Of a stretch of 36,545 nucleotides of DNA, positions 1 to 11,384 are shown one piece after another. Under the pieces are notes generated by a model, which was not told the origin of the DNA, ran no database searches, and worked only from the letters and a program-made list of their open reading frames with translations. A program made the translations under genes and the position numbers. The stretch comes from Hyphochytrium catenoides (Eukaryota > Protista > Hyphochytriomycota): the NCBI GenBank assembly GCA_900088475.1, contig FLMG01002913.1, positions 1 through 36,545 of the forward strand, given 5' to 3'. How positions within the stretch are numbered: position 1 is the first letter of the stretch; each line of letters begins with the position of its first letter.

Positions 1-272
1 TCAGCTCTCCGCTTATCAGCGACTAGAGATAAACTGTCCAAAGACTTGCTGAGCCAAATATGCGGGCAGCTGTATAGACCTCCTTTCTTTGGAGAGCTCT
101 GCTGCGAGCGAAAGCCTTCCTCGATTTTCTTCATCCAATGTCTGTCCATAACGTCAGGACTACGTGATAGCTGCCGGGTCGGCTCCGGGACCAAGCTGGT
201 CAGGTCAAAGCAGCTCCGGCTACGCTTGAGACCGCTGTTGCCATCCGATACCGCGGAGCGCTTTAGCGTCAT
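1..272 (-). CDS. Possible 5' part of a hypothetical protein running off the left edge
   Basis: ATG at 272 (minus) with an in-frame TAG just upstream. The frame stays open for about 90 codons to the window edge: MTLKRSAVSDGNSGLKRSRSCFDLTSLVPEPTRQLSRSPDVMDRHWMKKIEEG... No family recognised, and the opposite strand is also open. Confidence 0.25.
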   Translation of the reverse strand, partial: MTLKRSAVSDGNSGLKRSRSCFDLTSLVPEPTRQLSRSPDVMDRHWMKKIEEGFRSQQSSPKKGGLYSCPHIWLSKSLDSLSLVADKRRA

Positions 273-2696
273 CTCTAGAACAGTTTCCTAAGTGTTCCCT
301 TTTCTGGATGATGACTTGGGATGTGATACTCTTTGCCCGTCGTCCGTTCTAATGTACGAGTACCTTCGGATTATGAAATGACCTGTAATGACCTCTACCG
401 GCCCTCTTATGCCTGCAAGCCTGAGAGTGATTGGGGAGCCAAGAGCAAAGGAAGGAGAGGACTATTATCCTCTGACGGAAAGGACACCCTTCAAAGTACT
501 CTCTCGGTTGATCTTATCAAATTGAGGCCGCTGAATTATAAACCAAGATGAACGTTCGTACAAAGAGATCTTAGCAGCAACAGAGAGTTTTGGAAATGGT
601 CCTCGGACCCTGGAGTTGCTGTTCCAGCGTGCTGCAATCATTTCAATGAAGTTGGGCCGACAAGGTGTTGTTGAGGCAATGGATGACTCGCCGAATGTGG
701 ACGTGCACTTGGTCCTTGCGGAGGTGCCGGTCAAGAGGGACAAACATGGAAAGTACTTGATCCCACGCCTATCTGTGCTAACCCCAAGTCCTAGCTAGAT
801 GTCTTGTCTGATGGCTGATGGCTGCCACCAGTGGAGCTCCCACTCCTTGCAGGAGGCATCAAGCACCTCACCCCCTTCCTGGCCTACTCAGGACCGGTGA
901 TTCGAGGGAGAGTGAGCCTTGATGTTTCCTGACACAGAGGGGAAACTTCCAGTGCTCGGCTACCTCGCACCCTCAGAAACCTTAGAACTCTGTGATACGG
1001 AGAAGGTCTTTCTCACCACACGCTCCCCTTTCTCATTTTCCTCCCCTTCCCCTCTAAAGCCCTCTGAGAGAATGAAAGAATCCTGGCAAAAAGACCAACA
1101 TCAAGCCTGCAACTTCAAGTCGTTACTTTCGCTACAGAAGTCTTTTGAAATATTCTCCCATGTAACTAAGTGCTTTTAGACTGGAAACATTCAGGTAATG
1201 AATGTTTTGCAATAGCTTTCTGTCTAGTTGAAGGCAACCCCACCTCTTTGTTGCTCTTTGCGAGTTTGGAGGGTGACGCGCCATTACTGCTGGAGTCTGA
1301 AGGTCTGATGGGCTAGTAGGAGAGAGGGGCAAAATGTACATTCACAACTTGAGACTTGAGAACGTTGCTTATAGCCTTCTCAGGAAAGTCAATGTATATA
1401 TATATATATCTGATACGTTTTATGGTCCGTAGTTTGGTGAGAAATTTACGATTTCCAACCCTTGTCTTCAAGTTCAAGTCCATTCATTCTTTATCACGAC
1501 AAACCTTTCCCTGTGTTCAATAACACCACAAATCCCTTCCATCTCATTACAGGTTAATAATGGTGCTCTATGAACTCAAGCTGCTGCTGGTAATAGTCTA
1601 CAACTGTAGGACGACAGAGACAGAGCGAAGGCACCTCGAAAGAGGCCACTGATGAGTGGAAAGGGTTCACCCGAAATAGACATCGCAGATGGCTCAGCAA
1701 ACCCAAGGCATCGTTAAACTTTAAATTACTTCTTGGTTCTGAGGAGAGCATAGAATTATTCAGGCTACAAACTGCAGGCTAGGGGGCTTTGGCTGCACCA
1801 AACAATCATTCAACGAAGAAAGGGGGAAAGTGAAAAAGGTTCCTTCTCACAGACTTGCTACAAGTACTAAAAGAAATTGCTGGGAGTAAACCTGAGTAGA
1901 ATCTGACTAAAACCCCTCTAAACTTCGAAAAAGAAATAACTATAGATAGAATTTGGAGGCCTTCTCTCTTAAAGCCAACGTTTTCAATCCTTTCTTCTCC
2001 CTTTTCAGAAGTCTAGATTATAAATAAAGTTCAGGTTTTTATGCCTCAGAGCTTCCTCTAGGATGACTGTACGACGGACACTTTATTATGGCCTGACTTT
2101 GGTCCGCCAGAATGAAGACATACGGATCCATTGGCGTATTATTATTACGCTGTCCAGCTTCAACCTCTCCACTCCTAACCGTTTTACTGAGGAACCGCTT
2201 CTCCTTGGTTCTACTGTATAACTCCTAGCAGAGTGCAGCCTGTGGCGATGGTAACAAGTTAAGAATGATGAGTGCAACCTCCTGGTGGGCTTGTTGCTCT
2301 CCAAGAAACGCCATAAATTTTATCCATGTAAGGCAGTCCGTATCTCTTGGAGGCGTACGTCAACCACCACATCATACATCTGATGGTAGGAGAGCCCTCT
2401 CCACCTTCCTTTCCTGCCAGAAAGGCAGGCAGGACCTCGGTGGCGTTCTAGCAGTGAAAACCACGCCATAGAAGCTGGCGGATGATGCGGCAGCCTAGAA
2501 TCTACACCTTGATATTTGCTTGCTTTAGTATATAATAAAAAACCAGAGATCAATGAAAGAAGAACCACAAGCTAAGCAAGGTCATCTACATCTATCTTTT
2601 TATGTCCCACCCCGCAGCGCCTTCGTCGTCCTTTTGCTGCTACTGCTGGCTGCTTCATGTCTACACCAAGAAGTTTATTATAAAATATTAGATGAA

Positions 2697-2796
2697 GATG
2701 TTCAACAACGTTCTTCTGACCTGAAGCTGTCATCGCGCAATCTGATCTTCAACTTGGTCCTTGCTGCTCGCTAATTATAAAACGTTGTTGAACATC
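2697..2796. repeat. 16-bp perfect inverted repeat with 68-nt spacer
   Basis: gatgttcaacaacgtt (2697-2712) is the exact reverse complement of aacgttgttgaacatc (2781-2796). Confidence 0.85.
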
Positions 2797-3705
2797 AGCG
2801 ATGGCTTTTGTGTCGTCGGCGAGTGCCAGGAACCAAAGCGACATCACTTACTATGATCGTACCACCGCCACCACCATTGCCCCATGCTTATCCCAGTAAA
2901 TCTTCTCGTTGACCTGGTCGGCAAGCAGAGTCTGGCTCTATTATCCTCGCATCCTTTAATAGCGAAGGACCACTATGATCTCATTTTACCTTTTTCTGAA
3001 GAGTAGACGAGAAGACCTGATAAGTTCGAGCACGAGGGGCGTGACCTGAAGAAGAACTCTAATGGATTACCAAGGGCATCTTCACCTTATCAATCTTCTT
3101 GGGTAGCGAGTTTTACATAGTGATATCAAGAGATAGTTTGGCTCACCGCCGTAAAAGCTCTACTGGCAGTGCGTCCATTCTATTTATGTCCTGACTACTC
3201 TCTAGACAAACTGCTGCTCGGGGTGAGAATAAAAGCAGCCTTGCGAGATAATAGAGGGCCCTCGCTCATCACTGATACTAGGACTTAAGGCCTGAAAGAT
3301 GATCACCAACGGGACTGGATTGAGTGCAGTTTGCAGAACGAACCTTGCCATGCTGGTTCATCTCTTGAAAGTGGTAGTCAGTCCGTTCGTTCTTTTCCAT
3401 TTTCCCTCTCTTTCCTACCTGTTCAAAGCCAATCATCTACCACACACAAGAACATTCAGATTAGCTAGTTTCATGGATTATAGGCTAGGCCGTCGACAAG
3501 AGAGGCAGTAGTGCACAGATAAGAAGTGTATGCATGGGAGTTACTGGACGTTCGAGAACATCTTTGATCATTTGTTATTGTCATCCATAATCTGCTATTA
3601 TATAAGAAAGTTGCTCATAAGAATGCTGAGTGCGGAGTCACCGCCGATGGCAAGCAGTTAGAGCGCTTAAATGAAAGGGAAAGTGACGTTGTCACTGTCT
3701 CAATC

Positions 3706-5388
3706 TCAACTAAACGGCTGAACGTTGCCTAGCTTTTGCCAAATCTGTCCTGATAGTTCTTCTCCCCGTTGGATGTTTTTATCCTCTCCAGCTGATGCGG
3801 CTGCTGGGCCTATGGGAACCCTCGTACNNNNNNNNNNNNNNNNNNNNNNNNNNNNNNNNNNNNNNNNNNNNNNNNNNNNNNNAGTATCTTCTCCCAGGTG
3901 ACAGACCGATGGAGGGTCCTCCTTCTTTCTCTTGCTTCTCAAGAGTAGGCACTTTCCAGAATGCCCAAATAAGTAGGAAAAGGAGAGCCAGGTACAGAAT
4001 GCTGGCAACTTCATGGTCGAAGCCTAAGTTGCAACTTACTCCGCTTTGTCCTTTTCCCAGCTGCTCCATGAGACAAAAACTGTATGTCTGCCAGGCAAAG
4101 ACGTCCGGCCTTGCCTCTGGACCAGAGACGCGGACTATCTGCCAAGCCTGGCTGCCAATGGCCCCCAGCATTACAGCCGTAAAGAGAAGAAGTGCCTTCC
4201 GGAGCTTTGTAACGGACCTCAGCCTTTCAAATATGCGAGAAATGCAGTTTCTGGGTTGGGCCTCCAAGAGTTCNNNNNNNNNNNNNNNNNNNNNNNNNNN
4301 NNNNNNNNNNNNNNNNNNNNNNNGAAAGCATGGTACCGGTGTACCACACGTACACCGTGCCCAATATAGAGATGACTGGCGTAGAAAATGATGAGAATGA
4401 GGCAAGCATTAGCCGTGCTTTGAGTCCGCGACGGTTCGAGAGAGGAAGGAAGCACGAGCGACGCATTTACATTCAAAGAAAAGAGAAAAGGGAGAGAGAG
4501 AGAGAAAGAGAAAGCCGTTGGGTAAATAGAACTAAATCGTCAGAAACGTCAGTGTCCTGGAACTTTCTGCATGCGTCTTCTTTAAAACGGCGGCGCACGA
4601 CAAGACTAGATGACTCACCGATAAGTGAATAGTTTTTGACCTGAATATAGCTTCGAACGTCAACTTTTTGTACAGGGTCCTGGGATATGATGAAGGCACT
4701 GATTGTCAACGTAAGCCAGGCAGCGACAAGTAAAATGAGGCCTCCGAGGCGTATGCCAGTGGCCACACCCGAGCTTGTGCTGCCAAATGATTGCATAAGC
4801 GCTCCCCAAACCATTACTATAAGAAAACTGGAATGGGAAGAGTAACTCAGTGTTAGACCTCTGTCAGAAGGCTCCCTTATATCCCTCCACATACCAGGTG
4901 CTATAGAGACATGCGCTTGCGACTGCCCAACACAGGTCTACCATCAGCAACGGAAGTAGGTCGGTATAACCGTTGGGATCAATGCCACGAAGGATGAAAG
5001 TGACTGCCATCAACAGCAAGCAAGGGAATGCTGCTTTTTGAGTGTCTGAACCCCGCTGGAAAACCACAATAAGCTGCGGACCAGTCAGCCCCGTTGCGGC
5101 CAAACCAGACAAGAGGAGGACTATCCTCCAGAGGGTATAATGCAGCCCCAGAGCGTCGCCGTACGTCTCTCTACAAGATGGAACTTAAAACGAAAAAGTC
5201 GATTTTCAGACAGGAGGCAGCGGCAAGAGGACAGCGGGTGGACAGAAAGGGGTTAAGCGCTTTCGTTCACTAACTATAGAAAAGCAGGCTCCTGCGGCAG
5301 GAGAACACGTACGCAGATATGGGTAGCTGCAAGGTATATCCGAGAGTTCATGGCTTGAGAGCGAAGAGTTTGGCGAGATGTTGGTCAT
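3706..5388 (-). CDS. Orphan 7-TM receptor-like protein, paralogue A (TOM1/THH1/GPR137-like topology); interrupted by two N-gaps
   Basis: Exons (minus) 5388-5313, 5183-4895, 4827-4619, 4375-(3706 or 3779), all introns GT..AG. Protein MTNISPN..DIPCSYPYL/LPSCRETYGDALG..LWR..RGSDTQKAAFP..LRGIDPNGY..CLYSTC/FLIVMVWG..FAWQTYSFC..SCNLGFDHE..WAFWKVP. Seven hydrophobic segments, homologous to the two neighbouring paralogues. The stop is uncertain because of the gap at 3828-3882. Confidence 0.8.
3828..3882. other. Assembly gap (N run)
   Basis: 55 N inside the last exon of 7-TM paralogue A. Confidence 0.99.
4274..4323. other. Assembly gap (N run)
   Basis: 50 N inside exon 4 of paralogue A. The reading frame shifts across it, so the gap length is probably not exact. 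Confidence 0.99.
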
Positions 5389-6517
5389 GCTGACCTAGCT
5401 CAGCAAGCTACAACTCTTTTCTTGTGACGCTGATATATTAGCGCTTCGGGCTGAAGCTTTTTGGAGGGTATCGAAGCACAACGGCGTCCTCAAAAGCTGC
5501 GGGACGGACCTCGCACCGCGAGCTTTATCATAAAATGGAGTGTCTCCGACCTCTACTATTGCACCAGCTGCTCAACCTTATTGAAGGATAGGACAGTAGG
5601 TTCAGCTTGTGTGCAGCGCTCAGTGGGTCATGCCTGTTAAGAAGGCGCCCCTTGACATAGTGAGTTGGCAGGATTAACGTAGTGGTAAGGATAAACGGAG
5701 GTGCGTAGTGATGCAGAAAAAAGAGCTCTGGCCTGAGAAAGCAATGCAGATAATAGTCGCAACTTTTCCTATGGTCTTCCTCCCCGTACTCCGGGCGAAG
5801 TTACTTACTACTTTGTTGTTCAGGGTAGATTGGCAAGCGACATCGAACTAGATGTTATTATGATCCTAGATGCTGATATAGAACTATTATCCACATTTCT
5901 CTTCCTTTGTTCCCGTCTTGGAGACGACTTTCGAGAGATGGTAGAAGGGGCGGAGGACCACGTGAGCAAGTGCGGAGGAGCTGACGATGTGATGAGCGGG
6001 TGACCCAACGACGAGGGTCCGAGAGGGTCAGGGCAGCATCGATCAGAAGCACGAGCATAGAACTGATAGACCGATTGGATACTTCTGCTAGGTAGTTCTA
6101 CAGGTCAAAACAGTTATGGAAAGTAATAACATAATAAGCAGCACTGGTACTACTACCACTAGGAACACCTCCACCACCGGCCCGCCCCAGTCATTGTAGT
6201 ACACCACGAGCATCAAGCTTCTTCCTCATCAGAGGCTGAGAATGGTTCTACCTACGAAGAGGTGCCTTTGTGCAGTCGAAACACCATGCCTACCAGACTT
6301 CTCAGGAGGTGTAGTGCCACAGATAGAACTAACTACTGAGTTCCACTTACAGCCGGACCTAGTCCCGTCCTAGTATCGCAATAGCTAATAACTCTGACTA
6401 CCCTGATCGAAAAAGTTTGGTCCTCATCACAATCAACTTTCTTAGGGCGTGCTGTCTAATCCAAGGTCTTACTACGAGTAATGATGCTACAATTTACTCT
6501 TATAAATAGAACTCTCC

Positions 6518-6573
6518 GTCAGGCCGTGCTACCACTGAACACTCTGTCAGGCCGTGCTACCACTGAACACTCT
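6518..6573. repeat. 28-bp perfect tandem duplication
   Basis: gtcaggccgtgctaccactgaacactct at 6518-6545 and 6546-6573. Confidence 0.9.
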
Positions 6574-7374
6574 ATCTCTTGGCCAAACTCAGGGAATGGG
6601 ACTTGTCTACTATGCGCTCTTTGGAACTCACATGGCAAGGTGCCATCTGGGTGCCAATGATTAAGCAGTACAATGTGACTGAGAGTTCATACGCACTTTG
6701 TGCGTCGTAGAAAGCTCCAACCGCTCCTTGTGGTCCTTTGGCTCGTATGTTCTTCCAACAACTCCAGTTCATGCTGGAGGACTACTGTTTTACAACCAAC
6801 TACTATTGCTAGATAACTACAGTCTACCACAGTTACTCAGATAGCCAGATGGTGGCTAGACAAGACATGAAACAGGGTCCAACTCGAGGCAGAAAGCGTC
6901 GTGTCCTGGTAGTTCTCTGGTAAGAACTTCTAAAACCGAAACTCGAGGTAGATAACCTCATTGCATTGACCTATGGGGTCTCTCGGCCTCGAAAGGGGTG
7001 CAACTGCTCACAAGCCGCATAAGATGGTGCGCTACCCTACTAGACTGCATCAACCATGATAGTGCTGTCCTTTGAGTCGCGGTAGTGGAGCTGGTAGTGG
7101 AAGACGTCAGGGATGCAAGATTCGTCAGGTATCAAACTGCAATCCTCCTCTTCCTTATTTAATTAGGTTATTTATATTTTCTGACCAGCCTCCTCCTGCT
7201 GCAATGAGAGTTGTCCAGGAGCATGAATAACCTTTTGGAGGTCATTCAAGAACAGCAACGACAGCCAAGGGATATGATTTATGATTAATAGGATAATGCA
7301 GTCAATTGCAAAGACAAAGTGTCACTCGAAGCGCCTACATTGCAGGGGTCTACTACTGTGGTCTGGCGTTATGG

Positions 7375-9206
7375 CTAGGTGATTAGTGGCTCGGGTCCGG
7401 ATGCAGACTCCCGTGACTGGTACCGTCTCAAATGAAAGGATGACTCGGGTGCAACATCGTAGCTGTACTTTCTCTCAGCATCTAAAGGTGTTACGGCTCC
7501 AGAATAGAGCACTGCGTCAGAAAGACCGTTCTCCTCTATGTTGTACGCCACGAAGTCTCCTGCGACGCTTGAGCCCGCACTGGAGCGTCCCTTGTCCACT
7601 TCAAAAACGTCTCTATCTTTGGAGCCTTGGATGGCAGCGAGGGTTATGGGCTGTTGGTGTTCAGAGCCCTTCTCCGTGGTTGACGAAGGGGTGTTATCAT
7701 GTGGGCTGGGTAACTGCCAGAAGGAGCACATACAAAGACAGAGAAGTATGAGCTGTATGGCTGCACTGGCTTCGTGATCAAATAACGGGGTACAATTCTT
7801 GGCGGCGGGTGACTCATGTTGCTGAGACTCCAATAGACATCCGTTGTAAATCCGCCAAGCGGACACTTCGTCATCGCTACGATGGAGATTGCTGTGGAGC
7901 TCATACATCTGGAAGAGAATAACTGCCATAGCTGCCACTACGAACACTGACATGGTTCTCTGAATGTCAGTAAACCTACTGTGTGATTTCTGAGGGGATA
8001 TTGATGGCTGTGAAGGAGGAGTCTGCATCTCATGTCGTCTCAAGCTTTGCTGCGGCTGTGGACTCAAAACAATCTCGGTGTTGAATCCTTCTCGTATGAG
8101 CTTGGCAGCCAAGCTACCTCCTGCCTCTGTATTTTCGCGCTTCTCTGCTAATCGTCTGTCTAGCAGGCCTCCGACAGCGAGAAAGTAGAAGGCTCCGAAG
8201 CAGGAGAAAGCTGTAACGGGCCCAGACATGAAGAACAAGAGACAAAAACATTGAGGCGCTGTAACAGAGAGTATCTTTTGCGAAACAAGCGAAAAAGCTA
8301 TGATGACACCTCTAAAGAGTGGGTTTGAAGATGAGCGTGTAACGCGATGGGAGTAAGGACCATTTAATACATGGAAGAGGTCTCCTACTTACCAACCACG
8401 AAAGCGGACTGGATCTTCAGATAATAAAGTGCAGCTGACGCTTCCCAGGCACTTTTTGCTGCTTCCATAGCGTAGAGAACTGCCGTCGTAGTAAGGACAC
8501 CCCACGCTGCGGCGGTTAGAAGGGAGCTCGTCACTTGAACACATAGGACCAAAGCCCAACCCAGAGATGGTGCTGCCTTGAAGCTGGAGGCCCATACTAG
8601 GGTTATGGAAAAACTGCACAACGACTAGTGAGACTAAGCAGCTCCCTCGTACTATTTGATGTTACTCTCTCTTGCTCGTTCCTTTTACCAATCCGCCTTG
8701 CCTCTTCTCTTAACTCGTGACACTCTCTCCGTCAACTCTCCTTCTTCTTGTCATAAACTACATACTTACCAGATACTATATAAGCAAGCGGAAGCCACCG
8801 CCCAACTCAACTCCACGAAGATCAGCGGTAGTATATCTTGATAGCCATTGGGATCCAGTCCACGTAAGATGAAAGTGGTCGAAATAGTGCTGAGCAACGG
8901 GACAACTGCCTTCTGACTTTGTGAACCGCGCTGGTAGATTGCTAGCAGACGTGGCACGGTAACAGCAACTCCTAAGATGCCAAAGGTCATATAGACAGCA
9001 CGCCATACAGTGAAACGCAGCCCCACAGCGGTGGCAAAAGTTTCTTGGCAAGTAGGCACTGCAAATGAGTGGGTCAATGGGTCAGCATGCTAAGCTTTGT
9101 TAAGACGTACTGACACTTGGCCACGCCTTGCCGACGCACATATTAAAGGATAGTCACATTGAACATTGTGTCCGACGGTAGTCCCGACTTCGCCTTCTTC
9201 ATCCAT
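7375..9206 (-). CDS. Orphan 7-TM receptor-like protein, paralogue B (470 aa)
   Basis: Exons (minus) 9206-9140, 9058-8770, 8613-8393, 8210-7375 join in frame (1413 nt) with GT..AG introns. Motifs VQCDYPLI/LPTC, VWR, RGSQSQKA, LRGLDPNGYQD, CLYSIC, AWRIYNGC..NCTPLFDHE, SFWQLP. Confidence 0.87.
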
Positions 9207-11384
9207 CTGGGCTCCTTTCAAGTCTAATATACCCAGCGGCGGCCAGGGCCTTAGAAGTTATTGGGATTATGTCTCTTAGGTGCCACTATCATGAAGATGA
9301 CGTTCTTCATTTAATGAGGAGCAAAGTGCCACGCCGGTGCTTTAATTGAAGAGCACGACAAGATCTGAGGGGCCTTGTTATAGCATCCGGAGAAATCTCA
9401 TGTACGCTGCAGAGTAGAACTAGAGCCTGTGGGTGGCACCCTAGTGGCGTCTGCTGGCCATATTCTACTTTATAGAACGAGTAGACGAACAATGTAAGAG
9501 CAGAGAAAGGGCTTCGGAGAAAGGAGAGGATGATACAGTTGTACGTCTGTCGCCGTAGTTTACACTCTTCGACATTCGCTTGATAAACTTGCTGACCCCA
9601 ACGAGCAAAGATTAACCTGCTGGTTTGGGTCTGCATCACAAGCTGGATGTCAAGAAGATCTCAAAGAAGAGAGAAGAGTCCTTTTGTTGGAGTATGAGGT
9701 TGGATACCGCGTAGAGCTATCAGCCTTCAAGCTGTCTGATTCTATACTTCCCTTCATTTGACATTCAGATAGGGAGCAGCGACAGGCGCAGTGAAGGAAG
9801 AACGCCTGTGGCTAGCATTTTTATCACGCTCTTCAGGACTGAGATAAGGTAGGACGGCAAACACTATGAACAGCTGACCCTCGCTTTAAATATGCAAATG
9901 ACGACGCTCGATGCTAGCTATATCACCGATGTCATTACCTTTAGAAAATGGCGGTCTAGCAGTGGAGTATAAGAAAGATAAGGGTTCCTAGAGGGGAAGA
10001 TGTCATATGGGCAGTATTCTTATCCCTCCCATTACATCTGTTCTCTATCTAGTGCAACTCTCTGTCCCTTCAAGTCTTGTGATAGTCATGTCACACTAAC
10101 TCTTCAACTTACCATCAACGGTCATTGCACCGCCCTCACTGGTCGCCACTTCTTGTCCAGGTCATGGCGTTTTACGACTAGGAACACATATAGAGTGCTA
10201 CCTCCTTGGCGGATTGAAACGATTTCTTCAAGGAAGGGTTCTACACCCTATCACAAGCCCGATCATGACAAGAGAACTACTGATTTTTGTCATGGAGAGT
10301 CAGTAGTTGACCAGCCCATCACCATTGAAAAAGGAATAGTAGTATAGGATTTGAAGTCTTATACCCGTTTGTTCTCAAGAAGAAAAAAGATCGGAAGTGG
10401 CTCGTTTGGGTCAGGTGGTCAAAGAATAAGAGCTGCAAGAAACTGTTAGACTTTCCCGCCACCTAGAGCGAGACCCCGAATGGACGGTCTAGAGAGTAGT
10501 AGAACTACTCGTCATCACTTGAGCAACGGCCCGGGAAGCCGTGAAGTCGCTTCAAAGATATCCAAGAAGCTGATGGCTGATGGACAACATGTCCGATGAC
10601 CGGTGACGGGACGGGTGCCTCACACGCAAGAGCAGCATCCTTCCATAGGTCAAGCTGCGCCGCTACGTAGAACTAGATCTCTAATCTCTTATCTGAACTT
10701 TAGAACCTTCAGACTTTTGTTAATAGTTATCCTTGTACTCATGGCATTAAACGGTTTTCATCAGCGAGCTTTCTTTCTATCGTCCCCGCCCTACACGTTC
10801 AATACTTGATGAGATAGCACATTTATTCTGCGCTTCTGCACTACATCAAGAAGGAAGAGCTGCCAACCACCAGTCTGCCATCTCGCTAATAAAGTAAGAG
10901 CTTCCAAAGAAAATTTGACATCTCATCAAGAGTAGCCTATCAACACGTACGTACACGAAGGTAAAAGGTTGATGATATGACGACAAGAAGATAGCTGTTC
11001 CTGTCAAGTCGTAGAAATATTCCTTTTAGCGAGAGGCAGCCTTTTGAGAACATATAACAGAAGGTCGTCGACATCCTCACTCTACCCAAGCCCGTTATTC
11101 ATCCTCCTCAGCACCAGATACCAGCTATCAAGCGATTCTAGCATCCTTCAAAGTATCTCTAAGTTAGCTCCAATGTTCCCATCAGCGCTATGAGCAGAAG
11201 AGAAAACAGCAAAGGGTTCAACAAGGATGAATGTAACAATAACAGTACGTTATTGGTGATGATGTAGTTTCTTTGGCATGCAAATGAATAGGGGTTCTAC
11301 TACCTGCTGGTAAAGGTAAACGCGTCTCGCTATAAGGTGTGAACACGAACCTTCCTTGTTGTTCGCTTTGCCTGATCGAGTTTT

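Noticed and set aside
1395-1408. (TA)n microsatellite; also at 22220-22232, and (GA)n near 4492-4505
   Set aside because: Ordinary simple repeats.
3060-3140. RVLHSDIKR, resembling a kinase catalytic loop
   Set aside because: Flanked by stops with no other kinase motifs; probably chance.
4274-4323. Apparent frameshift in 7-TM paralogue A (possible pseudogene)
   Set aside because: The shift coincides with an N-gap of estimated length, and the flanking coding sequence is intact.
6518-6573. 28-bp repeat as a CRISPR-like array
   Set aside because: Only two adjacent copies with no spacer, in a eukaryotic context.
6580-6780. GAIWVP / THMARCHLG, weakly like a Gypsy integrase zinc-finger region
   Set aside because: The motifs are in different frames, and no RT, RNase H, DDE core or LTRs are visible.
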